This document shows, one piece after another, positions 14,501 through 20,000 of a stretch of 20,000 bases of DNA. Source of the stretch: an uncultured virus (IMG/VR IMGVR_UViG_3300045996_000435) (lineage: Duplodnaviria > Heunggongvirae > Uroviricota > Caudoviricetes); the IMG/VR virus record IMGVR_UViG_3300045996_000435. One strand, written 5' to 3'. Numbering within the stretch: the first letter of the stretch is position 1; every line of letters starts with the position of its first letter. The notes below the pieces were generated by a model that saw only the letters and a program-made list of their open reading frames with translations, had not been told where the DNA came from and searched no databases. Both the position numbers and the translations under genes were made by a program.

Positions 14501-16330
14501 TTTTTAACTCGAAACTATAAAGAAGGTCAACGAAAAGTTGGAGTTGGTGCAGCTCTTAATATGAAGCTAGTCATTCCTTCTATAGAAAAGGATTGGTTAT
14601 CTCGTTTACAAGACAGTAATGGAGTAGGTGGAGTAGGTAAGCAAATAGGACAATATGTTAAACGTCGTTTAACTGTTAACGAACAGGATAAAGATATTAT
14701 TCTTGGTGACTTAAGTGGTATTGAGTTTAGATACTTACCAGTAAAGTATACTGGAAATATTGAACTTGATGATGTGAGTCTTAATTTAATGGAATCTATT
14801 ATACAGTTCTCTTTAATGGCAGAACAGTATAAAACATTAAAAGAAGATATACTTCCTCTATCAGAGGCTCTTAAAGACATCTTAAGTGCAGATCAGAACA
14901 AAGCTAGTACAGGTAAATTTGATGCCCTTCTTCGTAAATTTGGAATACAAAGAGTAGTACGTAAAGAAGGAGAGTCTAACAGATTTAAACAAGTAGACGA
15001 GTTCATACGTTCTGTACTTTATAATGAAACAGAAAAACAAGAGAAATGGTTAGGTAAAAACACAACTAAAATTATTGATTCTCTCTTATCAGCTTCAGCA
15101 GTACAGATGCTCGCCTTGAACTTACCTTCCCACGCTGTGAACTTAATTTCTGGAGAGATACAATCTTTGATTGAAGCAAATGCTAATAAGTTTTTTACTA
15201 AAAAGACTTGGGCTAGGGCTAAAAAGATATATGCAGCTAATGTAGGAGAATTCTGGAAAGACTACCAAAAAGAAGGTAATCAATCTTTAATTACTCAATT
15301 ATCTTATTTGTTTGATGTTCCTCAAGGTGAAGCTTTTGATAAATTCGGAGCTAAGACTGACTGGAGTAAAATTAGAGAAGGTCGTGGTTGGTTGTTTATG
15401 ACCAAAAACATGGGTGAACATGAGATACAAGTAAGTACCATGATTGCCATGCTTATTAATAAAAAAGTTAAAATGGGAGACCAAGAGGTTTCTTTGTTTG
15501 AGGCTTATGAATTAAAAGATGGTAAAGTACAATTAAAAGAAGGTGTAGAGTTTTCTAATACAGAGTTTAATACTTTGACTGGTAGAATGCACTCTATTCT
15601 TAAGGATCTCAATGGTAACTATAATAAATTTGACAGGCCTTTAATTGAGAAATACTCAATGGGTAGAATGCTTTTCTTTATGAGAAAGTATTTTGTACCT
15701 TTGATGTCAAGAAGGTTCTCTCCACTCCATGTGGATATGGAGGCTGGCACATTTAAAGAAGGTTATTACAGGACATTTTGGAGAATATTCTTTAACGACC
15801 TTAAGCACTTACAATTAACTATAGGAGAAAACTGGCATGATCTAACTCTAGAAGAGAAACAAGCAATGCATAGAGTAATTATGGAAGCCGGTATTATCCT
15901 TACCCTTATGCTCTTGTTACTATTGTTAGGCTACTATGATGATGATAGAGATATAAGTCTTGACGAAGATCAAGGAGTTAGCAGTTTACACTTTTGGAAA
16001 TTACACTTAATGTATTTAACATTACGTGCCAAATCGGAAGCTGAAAACTTTATTCCTGCACCTGGATTAGGATTTAACGAACTTTATAATCAGGGTACAA
16101 CCTTTACTTTATCCTGGAGGTATCTTGGAAATCTAATGCAAATTACAGAGCAGCTTGGTTATCTTTTAACAGGTAACGATAAAGCTATCTATGATCGTAG
16201 ACAAGGTATATGGGAAAAAGGTGATTGGAAGCTATGGGCTAAAATGGGTAAAGTATTTGGCTTTACAGGAAATACACTACACCCAGATGTCATGCTTAAA
16301 AACCTTGAAAACGCACAACGGGTCAAATAA
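11582..16330 (+). CDS. Large alpha-helical virion (ejection/cargo) protein of the crAss-like RNAP module, with C-terminal hydrophobic helix
   Basis: 1582-aa ORF coupled to the RNAP gene by a TAATG overlap (11580-11584). Coiled-coil-rich, one Cys only, hydrophobic stretch AGIILTLMLLLLLLGYY (15887-15937). C-terminal GRMLFFMRKYF...EGYYRTF...W..LT..EK resembles the giant proteins adjoining crAss-like RNAP genes. Function is inferred from context. Confidence 0.7.
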   Translation: MTCPNFKDSNYAKLEAKVGSLMAYKLWYHYDEPTIHNVITEAEARWYKTKQRLIDKFHLKKWPSIPEDLFVEIDSWMRNHTKYQEFYPVYEPWAKKSGYLNLKFKDNKVQSEFKDEEANLKDLGVRFKQWKDSHPPQLDIFTQEVYKIGGSSSLVDELNNARTSRTKMSFDQMIEEARIQLEKLLGVNKKGLKLEEQTKKDLYELLKFFRDPSKLGQLETMTTYFVEVNTILEHYRDRALKASEIDTLSAKIMELLFLKQMANSFKPFIDQLNAEFAGTPRDNKVKELLENMNNSITTIESIYSRDVFQSVVDSLYETTDPVVQNLQKELADEIDYLRKRQDILKQRGDQKRVDKLEKKIEDLQKRKGKIIPTKDLLALTLSGQNGDANFISMWLEATIASGDPIVAGFAKKIKDSFNTIRVNMLPMKNDAQTILDKYSRITGRDKANNAKFFEGLYEVIDVPTHDDDGKITHKKAYSLIGEFSAQFDKDEADFKAKIQTLKDEHKDDEAAAVEKEYEEWLGIWAERRYTNEWYEASKLLTPKAKAAQDELLEQITRITRGPNRNNLSEIELDELEELWGRYKALGSLVYFGTGVRKTGDDLEMALSVRAYRKERAKMRTFELTENGKSNFEIAQKRQKAFLDAGRITQEQYDKWLRRFTSLRIDPEFFKKRQAILDRINAVMSKIPKDLLGSRESVTELWENLISVGNNNRDEDGIIDGGELSENEFYNARYYELKIDQLKEDFLRLSGLTTNQQKELQTLVDIPLEDRTEEQNERITELFNSKAWFKSELAKHVSSAEIKALFGYWESLGQIQTKQPTKYYEERYNFEFEAYFNKIPESIDWSLNEKMEAFKQSNWYKENHITRTRKTKNADESFEMEEYEEPLYIWNHVLPSDESYIQEGYPSIHFQEIVVHDIYKNPNFQELDTNGGYHTPKAIVDNKPSKYLNSNFQELKGKAATGDAVAKVQLEMLEFLTRNYKEGQRKVGVGAALNMKLVIPSIEKDWLSRLQDSNGVGGVGKQIGQYVKRRLTVNEQDKDIILGDLSGIEFRYLPVKYTGNIELDDVSLNLMESIIQFSLMAEQYKTLKEDILPLSEALKDILSADQNKASTGKFDALLRKFGIQRVVRKEGESNRFKQVDEFIRSVLYNETEKQEKWLGKNTTKIIDSLLSASAVQMLALNLPSHAVNLISGEIQSLIEANANKFFTKKTWARAKKIYAANVGEFWKDYQKEGNQSLITQLSYLFDVPQGEAFDKFGAKTDWSKIREGRGWLFMTKNMGEHEIQVSTMIAMLINKKVKMGDQEVSLFEAYELKDGKVQLKEGVEFSNTEFNTLTGRMHSILKDLNGNYNKFDRPLIEKYSMGRMLFFMRKYFVPLMSRRFSPLHVDMEAGTFKEGYYRTFWRIFFNDLKHLQLTIGENWHDLTLEEKQAMHRVIMEAGIILTLMLLLLLLGYYDDDRDISLDEDQGVSSLHFWKLHLMYLTLRAKSEAENFIPAPGLGFNELYNQGTTFTLSWRYLGNLMQITEQLGYLLTGNDKAIYDRRQGIWEKGDWKLWAKMGKVFGFTGNTLHPDVMLKNLENAQRVK

Positions 16331-16349
16331 AAAAATAATAAAGGTGGGC

Positions 16350-16385
16350 AAAAAAAGAGGAGAGTTTTTAGGCTCTCCTTTTTTA
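16350..16385. terminator. Bidirectional intrinsic (rho-independent) terminator between convergent modules
   Basis: A7 run (16350-16356), stem AGGAGAG (16358-16364) / CTCTCCT (16373-16379), 8-nt loop TTTTTAGG (extendable by G-U pairs on the + strand), T run to 16384. Lies between convergent stops at 16330 (+) and 16383-16385 (-). Confidence 0.85.
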
Positions 16386-17009
16386 TTCAGCAACTGCATT
16401 TCGTTCTGCAATCCATTGTTTACGAAAAGTCATAACAGCAGGATCATTAAATCTTGCAATCTCTTCTACTTTTCCGGGAGTCTTACTGTATAATGTTTTA
16501 CAGTTTATAACTTTCTCTTTCCATTCCTCAAATGCTTCATCTGTTATATCATTCCCTTTTATAGCAATAATATTATCAGATGACCCTTCTGCTAAAGAAT
16601 CTGCCAAATCAGTTATTGGTAAATACATAGCATTATGTAAAGTTCTAGTTCTAGGAACAAGAGTCATTAAAAAGATCTTACTCTTTTTTACCGAACCCTC
16701 ATATATTACACAAACATTAATTTTACGAGCTGCTCCAAGACTTGCAAAGTTAAAATCACAAAGTTCTCCAATAGAGGTTGCAATTGTATCTCGAAGATTT
16801 TCATCTAATACACTTAAAGTTACATAGTAACGTTTAAGAGTATCTACATTAATCATTTGTTTAATATAATGTATAAACTGTTGTCTTTGCTGTTCTTTGG
16901 CTGCTACAGGTTTTGCCGCATTATAGGGACTTTGCGAAATATAAGGGTCACTCATTTTTCGTCTTGGTATATTATCCATCATATGTATTGTATATTTATT
17001 TTTTAGCAT
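16383..17009 (-). CDS. Hypothetical protein (208 aa)
   Basis: Full-length ORF coupled to the thyX stop by a TAATG overlap at 17007-17011; ends at the terminator. No recognisable motif. Alternative Met starts lie at residues 10, 11 and 19. Confidence 0.8.
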   Translation of the reverse strand: MLKNKYTIHMMDNIPRRKMSDPYISQSPYNAAKPVAAKEQQRQQFIHYIKQMINVDTLKRYYVTLSVLDENLRDTIATSIGELCDFNFASLGAARKINVCVIYEGSVKKSKIFLMTLVPRTRTLHNAMYLPITDLADSLAEGSSDNIIAIKGNDITDEAFEEWKEKVINCKTLYSKTPGKVEEIARFNDPAVMTFRKQWIAERNAVAE

Positions 17010-17713
17010 TACATGAAATTTCCTTTAAGGTCATTAAAGTTATTTGTTGTTTCTGCTAAATTTGGAAATTCTTTAATCATAAAGTATCCTACACGATTAG
17101 CTACCTCTCTTATCTCTTTTTGAGCATGATCATCTAAACGTTGATTTAGAACACTCATCCAACTTCTAACTGTTCCATGCCCAATAAGATTAGTAGTAGA
17201 GGCTAAAGGCATAATGCGTCTAGCACATTCTTTTGCTACTCCAGCTTTAATTAAATCTTGATAAAATCCCTGCACTATAGCTAGTACCATGTCTTTCATC
17301 TGATTTGCTTTAACTGGATGCCCCTCAAATAATCCATAAGTATCTGGTACTTCAGAATCAAATTCCTCGTCTCCTACTTGCCGATTTGTTTTTCCTTGTT
17401 TTCTAAACTCTATAGGCTCAATACTCATAATTTCAGAATATCTTTGGCTATATTCTTGCCAATCAACATTCCAATGTCGAAGTAGTTGTGTACCTATATC
17501 TCTACTTGTTTCTATCTCAAAATTAAGTGAGACTAAATCAAGAGGAGACCAATGCTTATTCTTTATAAGATAACTTAAAAGCTTGGGCATGGTCTCCCTG
17601 TTTAATTTATTTTCAGGGTTACTTATTCTTGCTTGAGCTATAATAAACTCTTCAGGACTTAAATCCTTATATTCACCCAGTGGTTTGGTTATTCCTATTA
17701 ATTTGACGTTCAC
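17009..17713 (-). CDS. thyX: FAD-dependent thymidylate synthase ThyX
   Basis: ARIS...LLSYLIKNKHWSPLD, SRDIGTQLLRHWNVDWQEYSQRY (ThyX signature variant), GVAKECARRIMP and QRLDDHAQKEIR. GTG start. Confidence 0.93.
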   Translation of the reverse strand: MNVKLIGITKPLGEYKDLSPEEFIIAQARISNPENKLNRETMPKLLSYLIKNKHWSPLDLVSLNFEIETSRDIGTQLLRHWNVDWQEYSQRYSEIMSIEPIEFRKQGKTNRQVGDEEFDSEVPDTYGLFEGHPVKANQMKDMVLAIVQGFYQDLIKAGVAKECARRIMPLASTTNLIGHGTVRSWMSVLNQRLDDHAQKEIREVANRVGYFMIKEFPNLAETTNNFNDLKGNFM

Positions 17714-17716
17714 TAT

Positions 17717-17983
17717 TTATAATTCTACTACACTAAGTCCTACGTATGAATATGATAATGTTGTATGCTCTTCCATAGCTGTTCTGCTGTTCACATTCTC
17801 TTTGATACTTATGACAGCTTGTTTTTTAGCTTCCATAAGTTCTTTTTTCTCTGCTTCAGCTTGTTCTGTAGTTTTAAACTTAGTAGCAAAATCTTTGTTA
17901 CTTACTGTTCCGTAAGTTTTAACATCTCCTTCCTCTACAATGGTTATGTACTTTCCTTTGTTGTTTAATAAACCGTAATTCAT
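17717..17983 (-). CDS. Hypothetical protein (88 aa)
   Basis: ATGA overlap with the upstream ORF (17980-17983); stop lies 3 nt before the thyX start; codon style matches neighbours. Confidence 0.8.
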   Translation of the reverse strand: MNYGLLNNKGKYITIVEEGDVKTYGTVSNKDFATKFKTTEQAEAEKKELMEAKKQAVISIKENVNSRTAMEEHTTLSYSYVGLSVVEL

Positions 17984-18237
17984 CTTGCAAAATTATTTCC
18001 TTCTTCTAATGTATTAATTCTATCCCATGTAAATGCTATGTTTCTTGTACAATCATATGCTTTTATTTTTACATTAAAGCCATGCTCATAAATTCCCATA
18101 ACTTTACCTTTAACTGTAGGATAATCAGTAGGACAAACCCAAACAGTCTGTCCTACTTTTATCTTCTTTAGTCTGTCTGCTTTATTTAATCTTTGATTAA
18201 GTTTACATATCTTCTCGATTGCTTCTGGACTAAACAT
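17980..18237 (-). CDS. Hypothetical protein (85 aa), possible small SH3/KOW-like beta-barrel
   Basis: Fits the operon and has an AT-rich leader. KIKVGQTVWV...VKGKVMGI...FNVKI...IAFTWDRI resembles SH3-like barrel strand spacing (inference only). Confidence 0.75.
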   Translation of the reverse strand: MFSPEAIEKICKLNQRLNKADRLKKIKVGQTVWVCPTDYPTVKGKVMGIYEHGFNVKIKAYDCTRNIAFTWDRINTLEEGNNFAR

Positions 18238-18253
18238 CTTTCTAATTTAAATA

Positions 18254-18400
18254 TTATTCATCTTCCTCTTCCCATAGATAAGAATAATTATCTATTTCAG
18301 CTTCATCTAATTTACTAACTAGATGTCGTATAGAACTCCATCCACCTTGTGCTATAGATCGAGCTATGAGGTTTATTTTTTCGTCTTGTGTTATTTCCAT
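18254..18400 (-). CDS. Small hypothetical protein (48 aa), absent from the ORF track
   Basis: Translated by hand: MEITQDEKINLIARSIAQGGWSSIRHLVVKLDEAEIDNYSYLWEEEDE*. Its ATG overlaps the polymerase stop (TAATG, 18398-18402), and it fills the gap to within 16 nt of the next start. Confidence 0.75.
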   Translation of the reverse strand: MEITQDEKINLIARSIAQGGWSSIRHLVSKLDEAEIDNYSYLWEEEDE

Positions 18401-19998
18401 TATTTTGACCAAGCTTTTCTGATATTTAAATCACTATTTCCTTGTAGAGTAGTTAAAAAATAGGTAATAGACTCTGCCATTAAACGAGGTATTTCTTTAG
18501 AATATTGATCAATATATTTATCATTCATACAAACTAAATTCTGATCATAAATTGACATTGTAATCCAACCCAATTCATCTTCTTTTATACCAAGTTCATT
18601 AGCTTTATCTGTAAACCATTTATCAATTTTAATGAGTGCAATCTTAATAGAGTCTGCACCAGTACCTTGAATACTCATATTTGCAGCGTCCCCATAAGCT
18701 TTTTCTGGCTCATCAAAATATCTTCTTCTACCTAATTTATTGGCAACGATATAACCATACTGCTGACATTCCTTTACTTTACCTTTTAAAAATTTAATCA
18801 AAGTAGGTAAAGCTCTATCTAGTGCAGTAGATATTTCCATTGCTCTGTCAAATCTTTTATCTGCAGGTACGTGATTAACTAAATATTCATTTAATACATT
18901 TTGTACTCTCTTAGCTCCACCTAAATATATTTTAGCAAAAAGACAAGACTTATGAACATCTCGTAGTTTCTTTACGTTATACTTAATTCCATCTATTTCT
19001 AAATCTTCATCTTTATTCTTAATTTCTACTTTCCTACCAAATATAATAGAATAGGAAATAGAAGCTAGAAATGAGTGGTGGTCAAAGCCTTCTTGGAATG
19101 CTTTAATTAACACAGGCTCTTTAGAAAAATCCCCAGCTATGACAAGTTCTTGACCTACCATATCTGAGTCTATAAAGCTATATCCAGGGTCTGGAATAAA
19201 TATAGACCTCATATCCTTATTCTTAGGGATATTGGCTAGATTCGCTCCTAATGTCTTTTTAACCACCTCTGAAGAGGTTAGTCTACCTGTATCTGTAAAA
19301 CATTGTCCATAATTGGTTCTTAACCTACCTCTTTCGTCAAGAGCATCTAGGAATTTAACACCATAAGTCTCTAATAGTTTCGAAAGTTCTCTATACTTTA
19401 AAAGGAGAGTAAGAAAGTCTTTTAATGGTACATCTGGATTATTTGTTAAATACAGATTAAGAGGCTCTTCTCCATAACTTATTTTACCTTTATCATCAGT
19501 TGGTTTAGGTATATCAAGTTTAGTAAAGAGATCATCTATTTGACTAGAAGAACTATAATTTACATTAAACTTATTTTGGTTCTCATATATTACAGGTTCT
19601 CCTCCAAAGATATCTAACTGTGCAACTGCTTCTTTTTTACGTGGATTAGTGTACTTACCTCCAGATAGTCTAGTATAAGTATAAGATAATCTAGTTATCT
19701 CTGCATCCATTTTAAGTGTTGTTTCAGTAAGTTCTTTTTTCCACTTTTCTATATTTTGTTTATGCTTATTGGTATCCACTAAACAACCTTTAAACTCCAT
19801 CTTAACTAATACAGGAGTAAGTTTGTTTTCTAATTTAATTATTGGATCTAAGCCTCTTTCTTTTATATAAGCTAATTGAGCTTTATGTAAAGGAATAAGA
19901 TAGATAGTATCTCTACCAGCATATTCAAGTTGTTCTTTAGTAAGTTCTACCCCTAATTTAAGACCCCAAAATGATTTTTGTAAATCTTTTTTAGATTC
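18400..19998 (-). CDS. polA: Family A DNA polymerase with 3'-5' exonuclease domain (5'-truncated by the window edge)
   Basis: TDTGRLTSS...NLANIP, motif A DSDMVGQELV, motif B RDVHKSCLFAKIY, LGRRRYF, ANMSIQGTGADSIK, motif C IYDQNL. The frame stays open upstream of the track's Met at 19800 to the window edge and reads ...LTKEQLEYAGRDTIYL...LENKLTPVLVKMEFKG (ExoIII YAxxD motif). Confidence 0.92.
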   Translation of the reverse strand, partial: ESKKDLQKSFWGLKLGVELTKEQLEYAGRDTIYLIPLHKAQLAYIKERGLDPIIKLENKLTPVLVKMEFKGCLVDTNKHKQNIEKWKKELTETTLKMDAEITRLSYTYTRLSGGKYTNPRKKEAVAQLDIFGGEPVIYENQNKFNVNYSSSSQIDDLFTKLDIPKPTDDKGKISYGEEPLNLYLTNNPDVPLKDFLTLLLKYRELSKLLETYGVKFLDALDERGRLRTNYGQCFTDTGRLTSSEVVKKTLGANLANIPKNKDMRSIFIPDPGYSFIDSDMVGQELVIAGDFSKEPVLIKAFQEGFDHHSFLASISYSIIFGRKVEIKNKDEDLEIDGIKYNVKKLRDVHKSCLFAKIYLGGAKRVQNVLNEYLVNHVPADKRFDRAMEISTALDRALPTLIKFLKGKVKECQQYGYIVANKLGRRRYFDEPEKAYGDAANMSIQGTGADSIKIALIKIDKWFTDKANELGIKEDELGWITMSIYDQNLVCMNDKYIDQYSKEIPRLMAESITYFLTTLQGNSDLNIRKAWSK

Positions 19999-20000
19999 TA

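Noticed and set aside
2562..15484. Six short - strand ORFs in the track (2562-2780, 4845-5093, 7938-8165, 12628-12852, 14527-14880, 15299-15484)
   Set aside because: All lie antisense within the giant genes and show the F/S/I/L-rich composition typical of shadow frames; no motifs.
16191..16493. 100-aa + strand ORF spanning the module junction
   Set aside because: It overlaps the ends of two real genes and runs through the terminator.
17685..17968. Two + strand ORFs (17685-17915, 17765-17968)
   Set aside because: Antisense shadows of the coupled - strand operon.
19798..19800. Met at 19800 as the polymerase start
   Set aside because: The frame is open to the window edge and encodes the ExoIII motif upstream, so this Met is internal.
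27..19998. Inteins or self-splicing introns in the RNAP or DNA polymerase genes
   Set aside because: No C...HN-[CST] splice junctions, LAGLIDADG or HNH motifs, or frame breaks were seen.
1..20000. Stop-codon reassignment (TAG or TGA), known in some crAss-like phages
   Set aside because: Genes are uninterrupted and densely packed under the standard code, and TGA serves as a stop in an ATGA overlap. TAG is not used as a stop here, so its status is untested, but nothing requires recoding.
1..20000. tRNA, rRNA, CRISPR arrays and promoters
   Set aside because: There is almost no intergenic space (largest gap 52 nt, occupied by the terminator), and no such structures were recognised.

Overview
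AT-rich, almost gap-free phage DNA, most consistent with a crAss-like (Crassvirales or related, probably Bacteroidota-infecting) tailed phage. The + strand carries two giant, translationally coupled genes. The first (>=3851 aa, possibly 5'-truncated by the window) is a single-chain virion RNA polymerase (YRIPTQG...GSDFDIDK). It has an N-terminal zincin metalloprotease (HEAWH) and a C-terminal string of accessory domains: DUF4326-like, NADAR/YbiA, and an 'EMQSD' polyvalent-protein domain. The second (1582 aa) is a helical, probably ejected virion protein with one C-terminal hydrophobic helix. These converge at a bidirectional intrinsic terminator (~16350-16385) with a - strand replication block: family A DNA polymerase (5'-truncated, atypical motifs), three small ORFs (one missing from the ORF track), ThyX and a 208-aa orphan. 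Best leads: (1) a shared 14-aa motif QxD[LI]Fxx[DE]x[FY]KIGG at domain borders of both giant proteins, a candidate cleavage or packaging signal; (2) near-total cysteine absence except at the abutting C- and N-termini of the two proteins; (3) a virion-delivered NADAR domain as a possible anti-DNA-ADP-ribosylation counter-defence. All family calls come from motif recognition by eye; no searches were run.
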